DNA of 64,000 bases. It comes from Auanema rhodensis (lineage: Eukaryota > Animalia > Nematoda). The stretch's first letter is position 1, and each line of letters opens with the position of its first letter. The stretch lies in NCBI GenBank assembly GCA_964057225.1, contig OZ059894.1:11594001-11658000 (forward strand), read 5' to 3'. Of this stretch, positions 44,381-58,844 are shown piece by piece. The position numbers and the translations under genes are program-made. The notes under the pieces are model-generated. The model was not told the origin of the DNA. It saw nothing but the letters and a program-made list of their open reading frames with translations, and did not search any database.

Positions 44381-45559
44381 ACAGTAAAAAGTCCAATCAA
44401 GAGAGAAATTTTTTCAACACATAGTTGTTTTTTTTTTAAATATCATTGTTTTTCCTCATAACTCGGTTTAAACTCGTTCTAACCCGTTGAAATACGTCTA
44501 GAAAGTCTTTATAACATGCATATGTATGATAGAACTTCATATTTATTGTAATAGAAAATTTTATTTTCAGACGTCTTGGTTAACAATGATATGTTTTACC
44601 CCCTTATAATTTTTATCATAATGTTCCTTATACGGAACGCTCAATGAAACTTGCTTCCAGAAAAATTTCTTTCTATTTTTTCTTCATATGTACGTAGATA
44701 CTATAGAGAACTATGATAGAAAACTTTAACATTCACGAAATCATCATTTCTCATTACGCTACGGAGGTTTAAAAAGCTGTGTTTTACCTTATAATAGACC
44801 GGAAAACCCTTGTGTTAAAACTGGACCGTTTTTACACATATAAAAATGTCCCGTATTCGGGACCCTAATGTAACTTTTGATTCCCTATATTTTTTTTCAT
44901 GAAATTTACAATCTACTGTAGAAAGAAGAATTATTTTTATAAAAACTGTAAATTTTTGAAAAATGAAAACAAAACGAAAACAAAAACAACTTTTTTTTGA
45001 ACATTTTCTCACACAAGGGTCCCCCCTTACCTACTTTTTTTCTCATTACTCGTTTCAACCTCATCCGATCACTCTGCAAACATGTTTAATCGTTCTAACT
45101 TGTTGAAATACGTCTTAAAAGTCTAAACAACATGCATATGCATAATAGAAACCACCCGAATAGGCCCCCACGCACTAAACGAGATATATACATTACCAGT
45201 ATAGTAATAGAACACATATTGAAGATTAATTCGATAAGAACAATTTATTGACGTAGAGAATGTTTGTTCCGAAAAACTACAATATTAAACTATAAAAGTA
45301 ACAAAAGCGTAGAGGCAGCAAAGACATGAATAAACATAAATGTAAATACAGAATTACCAGGTAGTACATAAGTATGACAAAAAATTATAAGAAAGCCATG
45401 AAAATAGAAGGTTTGTGAACAAATGAGAGGTACATCTTTGATCGTATAGTCATTTCTAAACCGTTCGTATGCTGCAGCATCGTCATAAGCGTCACTCAAG
45501 TTGAATTTCCATGTGTACTACACGATTTTCATTCTTATTGTTACATTCTTTCCCTGAGG

Positions 45560-45746
45560 GAATGGGCCGTTCCCGCCAGCAGTGCAAGAGCGGGTCGACC
45601 CGTGAGGTGGAGCTAGCAAGCCAGCATCTACCTCAAGTCTCAAAAATCGGTTAACCTTATTGTGAACCAATGGAACACATATCGAAGGTTAATTCGATAA
45701 GAACGATTACTACACTTTGATCTTAGCCAAAAGGCCGAGAAGCGAT
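45560..45746 (-). ncRNA. U2: U2 snRNA
   Basis: Array copy. Confidence 0.95.
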
Positions 45747-46188
45747 ACAGCATAGCCATGAGTATCAAAGACATCAAGCAAATGTATCGTACTTGTTACG
45801 AGTGCACTCTCTCATTTGAATATAAAAGTGTGGTTTGACAATCTTGACTGTACAGGTCATAAATGGCTCATATAAACTGTGGATTTACTCAACTTTTGGA
45901 CTTATTTTTTTCTTATTCGAAGCGCTGCACTTTTTTCTATTCTTTTTATTCAAATACTTGTATATAGTTTTATATGTACGGTTGCAAAGTTTCCGAATAT
46001 TTTATATATTTTTATACAATAATTAGGAGAAGGTTAATACAATGAAATCTCCCAACTTTACAGTGTTTGTATTGCTTACAGTATCTAGAACAACCACTCT
46101 TGTAATATTAGAGCACATATCAATCAACAACTTTTTCTAGTTATCAAAGCTTTTTTATTTCTTCAAGATATTTCAAATAAAATATAAA

Positions 46189-46307
46189 AGCTTACGACAC
46201 CCGGGATTCCCAAGCCGTCTCCGATCCAAGTACTAACCGGGCCCAACGTTGCTTGACTTGCCAGATCGGACGGGATGGCGTACTTTCAACGTGGTATGGT
46301 CGTAAGC
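46189..46307 (-). rRNA. 5S rRNA
   Basis: Array copy. Confidence 0.96.
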
Positions 46308-46548
46308 AATGTTATATTCTTCATTATCAGTTATATCACTCTAAATCTTGTTGTTAATAGTTAGGACCACAAAGAAAACAACAGGAACAGTAACAAATGA
46401 AATGCCCAAACTTTACAGTGTTCGAGTTATTTACAGTATCTAAGACTACCTCTGTCGTGTTATTAGAGCAAACATTCGATTAACAACAACTTTTTTTTAG
46501 TTATCAAAGCTTTTTTATTTCTTCAAAAAATTTCAAATAAAATATAAA

Positions 46549-46667
46549 AGCTTACGACACCCGGGATTCCCAAGCCGTCTCCGATCCAAGTACTAACCGG
46601 GCCCAACGTTGCTTGACTTGCCAGATCGGACGGGATGGCGTACTTTCAACGTGGTATGGTCGTAAGC
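46549..46667 (-). rRNA. 5S rRNA
   Basis: Array copy. Confidence 0.96.
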
Positions 46668-46809
46668 AATGTCATATTCTTCATTATCAGTTATATCACT
46701 CTAAATCTTGTTGTTAATAGATACGACCACAAAGAAAACAACAGGAACAGTAACAATAACAAAAAAAATTTTTTTTTCACCTATGTGTCTAAAGGTTAGC
46801 CATGTATCC

Positions 46810-46861
<52 letters not shown>

Positions 46862-48040
46862 ACAGTAAAAAGTCCAATCAAGAGAGAAATTTTTTCAACA
46901 CATAGTTGTTTTTTTTTTAAATATCATTGTTTTTCCTCATAACTCGGTTTAAACTCGTTCTAACCCGTTGAAATACGTCTAGAAAGTCTTTATAACATGC
47001 ATATGTATGATAGAACTTCATATTTATTGTAATAGAAAATTTTATTTTCAGACGTCTTGGTTAACAATGATATGTTTTACCCCCTTATAATTTTTATCAT
47101 AATGTTCCTTATACGGAACGCTCAATGAAACTTGCTTCCAGAAAAATTTCTTTCTATTTTTTCTTCATATGTACGTAGATACTATAGAGAACTATGATAG
47201 AAAACTTTAACATTCACGAAATCATCATTTCTCATTACGCTACGGAGGTTTAAAAAGCTGTGTTTTACCTTATAATAGACCGGAAAACCCTTGTGTTAAA
47301 ACTGGACCGTTTTTACACATATAAAAATGTCCCGTATTCGGGACCCTAATGTAACTTTTGATTCCCTATATTTTTTTTCATGAAATTTACAATCTACTGT
47401 AGAAAGAAGAATTATTTTTATAAAAACTGTAAATTTTTGAAAAATGAAAACAAAACGAAAACAAAAACAACTTTTTTTTGAACATTTTCTCACACAAGGG
47501 TCCCCCCTTACCTACTTTTTTTCTCATTACTCGTTTCAACCTCATCCGATCACTCTGCAAACATGTTTAATCGTTCTAACTTGTTGAAATACGTCTTAAA
47601 AGTCTAAACAACATGCATATGCATAATAGAAACCACCCGAATAGGCCCCCACGCACTAAACGAGATATATACATTACCAGTATAGTAATAGAACACATAT
47701 TGAAGATTAATTCGATAAGAACAATTTATTGACGTAGAGAATGTTTGTTCCGAAAAACTACAATATTAAACTATAAAAGTAACAAAAGCGTAGAGGCAGC
47801 AAAGACATGAATAAACATAAATGTAAATACAGAATTACCAGGTAGTACATAAGTATGACAAAAAATTATAAGAAAGCCATGAAAATAGAAGGTTTGTGAA
47901 CAAATGAGAGGTACATCTTTGATCGTATAGTCATTTCTAAACCGTTCGTATGCTGCAGCATCGTCATAAGCGTCACTCAAGTTGAATTTCCATGTGTACT
48001 ACACGATTTTCATTCTTATTGTTACATTCTTTCCCTGAGG

Positions 48041-48227
48041 GAATGGGCCGTTCCCGCCAGCAGTGCAAGAGCGGGTCGACCCGTGAGGTGGAGCTAGCAA
48101 GCCAGCATCTACCTCAAGTCTCAAAAATCGGTTAACCTTATTGTGAACCAATGGAACACATATCGAAGGTTAATTCGATAAGAACGATTACTACACTTTG
48201 ATCTTAGCCAAAAGGCCGAGAAGCGAT
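48041..48227 (-). ncRNA. U2: U2 snRNA
   Basis: Array copy. Confidence 0.95.
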
Positions 48228-48669
48228 ACAGCATAGCCATGAGTATCAAAGACATCAAGCAAATGTATCGTACTTGTTACGAGTGCACTCTCTCATTTGA
48301 ATATAAAAGTGTGGTTTGACAATCTTGACTGTACAGGTCATAAATGGCTCATATAAACTGTGGATTTACTCAACTTTTGGACTTATTTTTTTCTTATTCG
48401 AAGCGCTGCACTTTTTTCTATTCTTTTTATTCAAATACTTGTATATAGTTTTATATGTACGGTTGCAAAGTTTCCGAATATTTTATATATTTTTATACAA
48501 TAATTAGGAGAAGGTTAATACAATGAAATCTCCCAACTTTACAGTGTTTGTATTGCTTACAGTATCTAGAACAACCACTCTTGTAATATTAGAGCACATA
48601 TCAATCAACAACTTTTTCTAGTTATCAAAGCTTTTTTATTTCTTCAAGATATTTCAAATAAAATATAAA

Positions 48670-48788
48670 AGCTTACGACACCCGGGATTCCCAAGCCGTC
48701 TCCGATCCAAGTACTAACCGGGCCCAACGTTGCTTGACTTGCCAGATCGGACGGGATGGCGTACTTTCAACGTGGTATGGTCGTAAGC
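48670..48788 (-). rRNA. 5S rRNA
   Basis: Array copy. Confidence 0.96.
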
Positions 48789-49029
48789 AATGTTATATTC
48801 TTCATTATCAGTTATATCACTCTAAATCTTGTTGTTAATAGTTAGGACCACAAAGAAAACAACAGGAACAGTAACAAATGAAATGCCCAAACTTTACAGT
48901 GTTCGAGTTATTTACAGTATCTAAGACTACCTCTGTCGTGTTATTAGAGCAAACATTCGATTAACAACAACTTTTTTTTAGTTATCAAAGCTTTTTTATT
49001 TCTTCAAAAAATTTCAAATAAAATATAAA

Positions 49030-49148
49030 AGCTTACGACACCCGGGATTCCCAAGCCGTCTCCGATCCAAGTACTAACCGGGCCCAACGTTGCTTGACTT
49101 GCCAGATCGGACGGGATGGCGTACTTTCAACGTGGTATGGTCGTAAGC
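49030..49148 (-). rRNA. 5S rRNA
   Basis: Array copy. Confidence 0.96.
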
Positions 49149-49290
49149 AATGTCATATTCTTCATTATCAGTTATATCACTCTAAATCTTGTTGTTAATA
49201 GATACGACCACAAAGAAAACAACAGGAACAGTAACAATAACAAAAAAAATTTTTTTTTCACCTATGTGTCTAAAGGTTAGCCATGTATCC

Positions 49291-49326
<36 letters not shown>

Positions 49327-50505
49327 ACAGTAAAAAGTCCAATCAAGAGAGAAATTTTTTCAACACATAGTTGTTTTTTTTTTAAATATCATTGTTTTTC
49401 CTCATAACTCGGTTTAAACTCGTTCTAACCCGTTGAAATACGTCTAGAAAGTCTTTATAACATGCATATGTATGATAGAACTTCATATTTATTGTAATAG
49501 AAAATTTTATTTTCAGACGTCTTGGTTAACAATGATATGTTTTACCCCCTTATAATTTTTATCATAATGTTCCTTATACGGAACGCTCAATGAAACTTGC
49601 TTCCAGAAAAATTTCTTTCTATTTTTTCTTCATATGTACGTAGATACTATAGAGAACTATGATAGAAAACTTTAACATTCACGAAATCATCATTTCTCAT
49701 TACGCTACGGAGGTTTAAAAAGCTGTGTTTTACCTTATAATAGACCGGAAAACCCTTGTGTTAAAACTGGACCGTTTTTACACATATAAAAATGTCCCGT
49801 ATTCGGGACCCTAATGTAACTTTTGATTCCCTATATTTTTTTTCATGAAATTTACAATCTACTGTAGAAAGAAGAATTATTTTTATAAAAACTGTAAATT
49901 TTTGAAAAATGAAAACAAAACGAAAACAAAAACAACTTTTTTTTGAACATTTTCTCACACAAGGGTCCCCCCTTACCTACTTTTTTTCTCATTACTCGTT
50001 TCAACCTCATCCGATCACTCTGCAAACATGTTTAATCGTTCTAACTTGTTGAAATACGTCTTAAAAGTCTAAACAACATGCATATGCATAATAGAAACCA
50101 CCCGAATAGGCCCCCACGCACTAAACGAGATATATACATTACCAGTATAGTAATAGAACACATATTGAAGATTAATTCGATAAGAACAATTTATTGACGT
50201 AGAGAATGTTTGTTCCGAAAAACTACAATATTAAACTATAAAAGTAACAAAAGCGTAGAGGCAGCAAAGACATGAATAAACATAAATGTAAATACAGAAT
50301 TACCAGGTAGTACATAAGTATGACAAAAAATTATAAGAAAGCCATGAAAATAGAAGGTTTGTGAACAAATGAGAGGTACATCTTTGATCGTATAGTCATT
50401 TCTAAACCGTTCGTATGCTGCAGCATCGTCATAAGCGTCACTCAAGTTGAATTTCCATGTGTACTACACGATTTTCATTCTTATTGTTACATTCTTTCCC
50501 TGAGG

Positions 50506-50692
50506 GAATGGGCCGTTCCCGCCAGCAGTGCAAGAGCGGGTCGACCCGTGAGGTGGAGCTAGCAAGCCAGCATCTACCTCAAGTCTCAAAAATCGGTTAA
50601 CCTTATTGTGAACCAATGGAACACATATCGAAGGTTAATTCGATAAGAACGATTACTACACTTTGATCTTAGCCAAAAGGCCGAGAAGCGAT
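50506..50692 (-). ncRNA. U2: U2 snRNA
   Basis: Array copy. Confidence 0.95.
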
Positions 50693-51134
50693 ACAGCATA
50701 GCCATGAGTATCAAAGACATCAAGCAAATGTATCGTACTTGTTACGAGTGCACTCTCTCATTTGAATATAAAAGTGTGGTTTGACAATCTTGACTGTACA
50801 GGTCATAAATGGCTCATATAAACTGTGGATTTACTCAACTTTTGGACTTATTTTTTTCTTATTCGAAGCGCTGCACTTTTTTCTATTCTTTTTATTCAAA
50901 TACTTGTATATAGTTTTATATGTACGGTTGCAAAGTTTCCGAATATTTTATATATTTTTATACAATAATTAGGAGAAGGTTAATACAATGAAATCTCCCA
51001 ACTTTACAGTGTTTGTATTGCTTACAGTATCTAGAACAACCACTCTTGTAATATTAGAGCACATATCAATCAACAACTTTTTCTAGTTATCAAAGCTTTT
51101 TTATTTCTTCAAGATATTTCAAATAAAATATAAA

Positions 51135-51253
51135 AGCTTACGACACCCGGGATTCCCAAGCCGTCTCCGATCCAAGTACTAACCGGGCCCAACGTTGCTT
51201 GACTTGCCAGATCGGACGGGATGGCGTACTTTCAACGTGGTATGGTCGTAAGC
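51135..51253 (-). rRNA. 5S rRNA
   Basis: Array copy. Confidence 0.96.
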
Positions 51254-51494
51254 AATGTTATATTCTTCATTATCAGTTATATCACTCTAAATCTTGTTGT
51301 TAATAGTTAGGACCACAAAGAAAACAACAGGAACAGTAACAAATGAAATGCCCAAACTTTACAGTGTTCGAGTTATTTACAGTATCTAAGACTACCTCTG
51401 TCGTGTTATTAGAGCAAACATTCGATTAACAACAACTTTTTTTTAGTTATCAAAGCTTTTTTATTTCTTCAAAAAATTTCAAATAAAATATAAA

Positions 51495-51613
51495 AGCTTA
51501 CGACACCCGGGATTCCCAAGCCGTCTCCGATCCAAGTACTAACCGGGCCCAACGTTGCTTGACTTGCCAGATCGGACGGGATGGCGTACTTTCAACGTGG
51601 TATGGTCGTAAGC
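51495..51613 (-). rRNA. 5S rRNA
   Basis: Array copy. Confidence 0.96.
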
Positions 51614-51755
51614 AATGTCATATTCTTCATTATCAGTTATATCACTCTAAATCTTGTTGTTAATAGATACGACCACAAAGAAAACAACAGGAACAGTAAC
51701 AATAACAAAAAAAATTTTTTTTTCACCTATGTGTCTAAAGGTTAGCCATGTATCC

Positions 51756-51793
<38 letters not shown>

Positions 51794-52972
51794 ACAGTAA
51801 AAAGTCCAATCAAGAGAGAAATTTTTTCAACACATAGTTGTTTTTTTTTTAAATATCATTGTTTTTCCTCATAACTCGGTTTAAACTCGTTCTAACCCGT
51901 TGAAATACGTCTAGAAAGTCTTTATAACATGCATATGTATGATAGAACTTCATATTTATTGTAATAGAAAATTTTATTTTCAGACGTCTTGGTTAACAAT
52001 GATATGTTTTACCCCCTTATAATTTTTATCATAATGTTCCTTATACGGAACGCTCAATGAAACTTGCTTCCAGAAAAATTTCTTTCTATTTTTTCTTCAT
52101 ATGTACGTAGATACTATAGAGAACTATGATAGAAAACTTTAACATTCACGAAATCATCATTTCTCATTACGCTACGGAGGTTTAAAAAGCTGTGTTTTAC
52201 CTTATAATAGACCGGAAAACCCTTGTGTTAAAACTGGACCGTTTTTACACATATAAAAATGTCCCGTATTCGGGACCCTAATGTAACTTTTGATTCCCTA
52301 TATTTTTTTTCATGAAATTTACAATCTACTGTAGAAAGAAGAATTATTTTTATAAAAACTGTAAATTTTTGAAAAATGAAAACAAAACGAAAACAAAAAC
52401 AACTTTTTTTTGAACATTTTCTCACACAAGGGTCCCCCCTTACCTACTTTTTTTCTCATTACTCGTTTCAACCTCATCCGATCACTCTGCAAACATGTTT
52501 AATCGTTCTAACTTGTTGAAATACGTCTTAAAAGTCTAAACAACATGCATATGCATAATAGAAACCACCCGAATAGGCCCCCACGCACTAAACGAGATAT
52601 ATACATTACCAGTATAGTAATAGAACACATATTGAAGATTAATTCGATAAGAACAATTTATTGACGTAGAGAATGTTTGTTCCGAAAAACTACAATATTA
52701 AACTATAAAAGTAACAAAAGCGTAGAGGCAGCAAAGACATGAATAAACATAAATGTAAATACAGAATTACCAGGTAGTACATAAGTATGACAAAAAATTA
52801 TAAGAAAGCCATGAAAATAGAAGGTTTGTGAACAAATGAGAGGTACATCTTTGATCGTATAGTCATTTCTAAACCGTTCGTATGCTGCAGCATCGTCATA
52901 AGCGTCACTCAAGTTGAATTTCCATGTGTACTACACGATTTTCATTCTTATTGTTACATTCTTTCCCTGAGG

Positions 52973-53159
52973 GAATGGGCCGTTCCCGCCAGCAGTGCAA
53001 GAGCGGGTCGACCCGTGAGGTGGAGCTAGCAAGCCAGCATCTACCTCAAGTCTCAAAAATCGGTTAACCTTATTGTGAACCAATGGAACACATATCGAAG
53101 GTTAATTCGATAAGAACGATTACTACACTTTGATCTTAGCCAAAAGGCCGAGAAGCGAT
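52973..53159 (-). ncRNA. U2: U2 snRNA
   Basis: Array copy. Confidence 0.95.
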
Positions 53160-53601
53160 ACAGCATAGCCATGAGTATCAAAGACATCAAGCAAATGTAT
53201 CGTACTTGTTACGAGTGCACTCTCTCATTTGAATATAAAAGTGTGGTTTGACAATCTTGACTGTACAGGTCATAAATGGCTCATATAAACTGTGGATTTA
53301 CTCAACTTTTGGACTTATTTTTTTCTTATTCGAAGCGCTGCACTTTTTTCTATTCTTTTTATTCAAATACTTGTATATAGTTTTATATGTACGGTTGCAA
53401 AGTTTCCGAATATTTTATATATTTTTATACAATAATTAGGAGAAGGTTAATACAATGAAATCTCCCAACTTTACAGTGTTTGTATTGCTTACAGTATCTA
53501 GAACAACCACTCTTGTAATATTAGAGCACATATCAATCAACAACTTTTTCTAGTTATCAAAGCTTTTTTATTTCTTCAAGATATTTCAAATAAAATATAA
53601 A

Positions 53602-53720
53602 AGCTTACGACACCCGGGATTCCCAAGCCGTCTCCGATCCAAGTACTAACCGGGCCCAACGTTGCTTGACTTGCCAGATCGGACGGGATGGCGTACTTTC
53701 AACGTGGTATGGTCGTAAGC
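53602..53720 (-). rRNA. 5S rRNA
   Basis: Array copy. Confidence 0.96.
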
Positions 53721-53961
53721 AATGTTATATTCTTCATTATCAGTTATATCACTCTAAATCTTGTTGTTAATAGTTAGGACCACAAAGAAAACAACAGGAA
53801 CAGTAACAAATGAAATGCCCAAACTTTACAGTGTTCGAGTTATTTACAGTATCTAAGACTACCTCTGTCGTGTTATTAGAGCAAACATTCGATTAACAAC
53901 AACTTTTTTTTAGTTATCAAAGCTTTTTTATTTCTTCAAAAAATTTCAAATAAAATATAAA

Positions 53962-54080
53962 AGCTTACGACACCCGGGATTCCCAAGCCGTCTCCGATCC
54001 AAGTACTAACCGGGCCCAACGTTGCTTGACTTGCCAGATCGGACGGGATGGCGTACTTTCAACGTGGTATGGTCGTAAGC
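53962..54080 (-). rRNA. 5S rRNA
   Basis: Array copy. Confidence 0.96.
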
Positions 54081-54222
54081 AATGTCATATTCTTCATTAT
54101 CAGTTATATCACTCTAAATCTTGTTGTTAATAGATACGACCACAAAGAAAACAACAGGAACAGTAACAATAACAAAAAAAATTTTTTTTTCACCTATGTG
54201 TCTAAAGGTTAGCCATGTATCC

Positions 54223-54270
<48 letters not shown>

Positions 54271-55449
54271 ACAGTAAAAAGTCCAATCAAGAGAGAAATT
54301 TTTTCAACACATAGTTGTTTTTTTTTTAAATATCATTGTTTTTCCTCATAACTCGGTTTAAACTCGTTCTAACCCGTTGAAATACGTCTAGAAAGTCTTT
54401 ATAACATGCATATGTATGATAGAACTTCATATTTATTGTAATAGAAAATTTTATTTTCAGACGTCTTGGTTAACAATGATATGTTTTACCCCCTTATAAT
54501 TTTTATCATAATGTTCCTTATACGGAACGCTCAATGAAACTTGCTTCCAGAAAAATTTCTTTCTATTTTTTCTTCATATGTACGTAGATACTATAGAGAA
54601 CTATGATAGAAAACTTTAACATTCACGAAATCATCATTTCTCATTACGCTACGGAGGTTTAAAAAGCTGTGTTTTACCTTATAATAGACCGGAAAACCCT
54701 TGTGTTAAAACTGGACCGTTTTTACACATATAAAAATGTCCCGTATTCGGGACCCTAATGTAACTTTTGATTCCCTATATTTTTTTTCATGAAATTTACA
54801 ATCTACTGTAGAAAGAAGAATTATTTTTATAAAAACTGTAAATTTTTGAAAAATGAAAACAAAACGAAAACAAAAACAACTTTTTTTTGAACATTTTCTC
54901 ACACAAGGGTCCCCCCTTACCTACTTTTTTTCTCATTACTCGTTTCAACCTCATCCGATCACTCTGCAAACATGTTTAATCGTTCTAACTTGTTGAAATA
55001 CGTCTTAAAAGTCTAAACAACATGCATATGCATAATAGAAACCACCCGAATAGGCCCCCACGCACTAAACGAGATATATACATTACCAGTATAGTAATAG
55101 AACACATATTGAAGATTAATTCGATAAGAACAATTTATTGACGTAGAGAATGTTTGTTCCGAAAAACTACAATATTAAACTATAAAAGTAACAAAAGCGT
55201 AGAGGCAGCAAAGACATGAATAAACATAAATGTAAATACAGAATTACCAGGTAGTACATAAGTATGACAAAAAATTATAAGAAAGCCATGAAAATAGAAG
55301 GTTTGTGAACAAATGAGAGGTACATCTTTGATCGTATAGTCATTTCTAAACCGTTCGTATGCTGCAGCATCGTCATAAGCGTCACTCAAGTTGAATTTCC
55401 ATGTGTACTACACGATTTTCATTCTTATTGTTACATTCTTTCCCTGAGG

Positions 55450-55636
55450 GAATGGGCCGTTCCCGCCAGCAGTGCAAGAGCGGGTCGACCCGTGAGGTGG
55501 AGCTAGCAAGCCAGCATCTACCTCAAGTCTCAAAAATCGGTTAACCTTATTGTGAACCAATGGAACACATATCGAAGGTTAATTCGATAAGAACGATTAC
55601 TACACTTTGATCTTAGCCAAAAGGCCGAGAAGCGAT
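55450..55636 (-). ncRNA. U2: U2 snRNA
   Basis: Array copy. Confidence 0.95.
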
Positions 55637-56078
55637 ACAGCATAGCCATGAGTATCAAAGACATCAAGCAAATGTATCGTACTTGTTACGAGTGCACTCT
55701 CTCATTTGAATATAAAAGTGTGGTTTGACAATCTTGACTGTACAGGTCATAAATGGCTCATATAAACTGTGGATTTACTCAACTTTTGGACTTATTTTTT
55801 TCTTATTCGAAGCGCTGCACTTTTTTCTATTCTTTTTATTCAAATACTTGTATATAGTTTTATATGTACGGTTGCAAAGTTTCCGAATATTTTATATATT
55901 TTTATACAATAATTAGGAGAAGGTTAATACAATGAAATCTCCCAACTTTACAGTGTTTGTATTGCTTACAGTATCTAGAACAACCACTCTTGTAATATTA
56001 GAGCACATATCAATCAACAACTTTTTCTAGTTATCAAAGCTTTTTTATTTCTTCAAGATATTTCAAATAAAATATAAA

Positions 56079-56197
56079 AGCTTACGACACCCGGGATTCC
56101 CAAGCCGTCTCCGATCCAAGTACTAACCGGGCCCAACGTTGCTTGACTTGCCAGATCGGACGGGATGGCGTACTTTCAACGTGGTATGGTCGTAAGC
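56079..56197 (-). rRNA. 5S rRNA
   Basis: Array copy. Confidence 0.96.
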
Positions 56198-56438
56198 AAT
56201 GTTATATTCTTCATTATCAGTTATATCACTCTAAATCTTGTTGTTAATAGTTAGGACCACAAAGAAAACAACAGGAACAGTAACAAATGAAATGCCCAAA
56301 CTTTACAGTGTTCGAGTTATTTACAGTATCTAAGACTACCTCTGTCGTGTTATTAGAGCAAACATTCGATTAACAACAACTTTTTTTTAGTTATCAAAGC
56401 TTTTTTATTTCTTCAAAAAATTTCAAATAAAATATAAA

Positions 56439-56557
56439 AGCTTACGACACCCGGGATTCCCAAGCCGTCTCCGATCCAAGTACTAACCGGGCCCAACGTT
56501 GCTTGACTTGCCAGATCGGACGGGATGGCGTACTTTCAACGTGGTATGGTCGTAAGC
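56439..56557 (-). rRNA. 5S rRNA
   Basis: Array copy. Confidence 0.96.
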
Positions 56558-57908
56558 AATGTCATATTCTTCATTATCAGTTATATCACTCTAAATCTTG
56601 TTGTTAATAGATACGACCACAAAGAAAACAACAGGAACAGTAACAATAACAAAAAAAATTTTTTTTTCACCTATGTGTCTAAAGGTTAGCCATGTATCCG
56701 TTTATATATATATATATATATATATATCAACAGTAAAAAGTCCAATCAAGAGAGAAATTTTTTCAACACATAGTTGTTTTTTTTTTAAATATCATTGTTT
56801 TTCCTCATAACTCGGTTTAAACTCGTTCTAACCCGTTGAAATACGTCTAGAAAGTCTTTATAACATGCATATGTATGATAGAACTTCATATTTATTGTAA
56901 TAGAAAATTTTATTTTCAGACGTCTTGGTTAACAATGATATGTTTTACCCCCTTATAATTTTTATCATAATGTTCCTTATACGGAACGCTCAATGAAACT
57001 TGCTTCCAGAAAAATTTCTTTCTATTTTTTCTTCATATGTACGTAGATACTATAGAGAACTATGATAGAAAACTTTAACATTCACGAAATCATCATTTCT
57101 CATTACGCTACGGAGGTTTAAAAAGCTGTGTTTTACCTTATAATAGACCGGAAAACCCTTGTGTTAAAACTGGACCGTTTTTACACATATAAAAATGTCC
57201 CGTATTCGGGACCCTAATGTAACTTTTGATTCCCTATATTTTTTTTCATGAAATTTACAATCTACTGTAGAAAGAAGAATTATTTTTATAAAAACTGTAA
57301 ATTTTTGAAAAATGAAAACAAAACGAAAACAAAAACAACTTTTTTTTGAACATTTTCTCACACAAGGGTCCCCCCTTACCTACTTTTTTTCTCATTACTC
57401 GTTTCAACCTCATCCGATCACTCTGCAAACATGTTTAATCGTTCTAACTTGTTGAAATACGTCTTAAAAGTCTAAACAACATGCATATGCATAATAGAAA
57501 CCACCCGAATAGGCCCCCACGCACTAAACGAGATATATACATTACCAGTATAGTAATAGAACACATATTGAAGATTAATTCGATAAGAACAATTTATTGA
57601 CGTAGAGAATGTTTGTTCCGAAAAACTACAATATTAAACTATAAAAGTAACAAAAGCGTAGAGGCAGCAAAGACATGAATAAACATAAATGTAAATACAG
57701 AATTACCAGGTAGTACATAAGTATGACAAAAAATTATAAGAAAGCCATGAAAATAGAAGGTTTGTGAACAAATGAGAGGTACATCTTTGATCGTATAGTC
57801 ATTTCTAAACCGTTCGTATGCTGCAGCATCGTCATAAGCGTCACTCAAGTTGAATTTCCATGTGTACTACACGATTTTCATTCTTATTGTTACATTCTTT
57901 CCCTGAGG

Positions 57909-58057
57909 GAATGGGCCGTTCCCGCCAGCAGTGCAAGAGCGGGTCGACCCGTGAGGTGGAGCTAGCAAGCCAGCATCTACCTCAAGTCTCAAAAATCGGT
58001 TAACCTTATTGTGAACCAATGGAACACATATCGAAGGTTAATTCGATAAGAACGATT
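57909..58057 (-). pseudogene. U2: U2 3' part (nt 39-end) downstream of the type B element
   Basis: Junction ...CTTCAATA|AATCGTTCTT on minus. Confidence 0.92.
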
Positions 58058-58844
58058 TATTGAAGTAGATAATGTTTGTCCCGGAGGACTACAATATTAA
58101 AATAATTACTGAAGCCCGAAGGCAGCGAGAAATAGTAAGGATACTACCTGCACTGAGTGCGTCGTATCATAAAAAAAGAGATAGCTAATGGGCAAGTTGA
58201 AGAGCTTGAAATTAACAATGACGTCACTAGAAGTAAAGTTTTCTATCTGCAGCTGCGGGTAAAGAGGGTCAGCGTAAGCAGAATTCAATTCTACCAACAA
58301 TTAGTGGGAACATTGAGAGAACAGATGAAGGAGGAAATTGTAACTTCAAGTAAAATAGATTATATCTTCAGCTGCGGGTAAAGAGAGTCAGCTTTGTACA
58401 GATTACTAGTTTACATAAGAAGTGGTAACATTTCAAAAAAGGAGCACAACATAAAAAACGAGACTACGGACTATGAGGTAAATGTTATCATTGTCTGGAT
58501 CGATGATTCGGCATTTGATTGCAGCTGCGGATTGAGTGGATCAGCTTGCATGGCGTCCGCATTCGACATCAGGGAAAATGATGAGTTTCTTGAGGTCCGG
58601 CTCGGCGGGCTGTTATGTCCTATTCCCTGTTGATGGTGTTGTTGTCCTTGAGCTTGTTCTTCTTCCCAGAAAAAAAAAACTGTGAAGCTGAAGAGTCCTA
58701 TTAAACGTCTTTAAACGCAAGATTAATAAGAAGCTACTACAGCTAACACAGGACCGCCTCAAGGCCTGGTAGATCAACCAGTGTTGCTTCAATCACCAAG
58801 TATTGCGGCCTGGGCCCTTGGATCAATTCACAACACCAGTATAG
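58058..58844 (-). mobile_element. 787-bp U2-inserted short element; putative non-autonomous retroelement, type B
   Basis: Same junctions as type A (U2 nt 39-79 on both sides); shares 5' and 3' blocks with type A, middle diverged. Confidence 0.85.
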
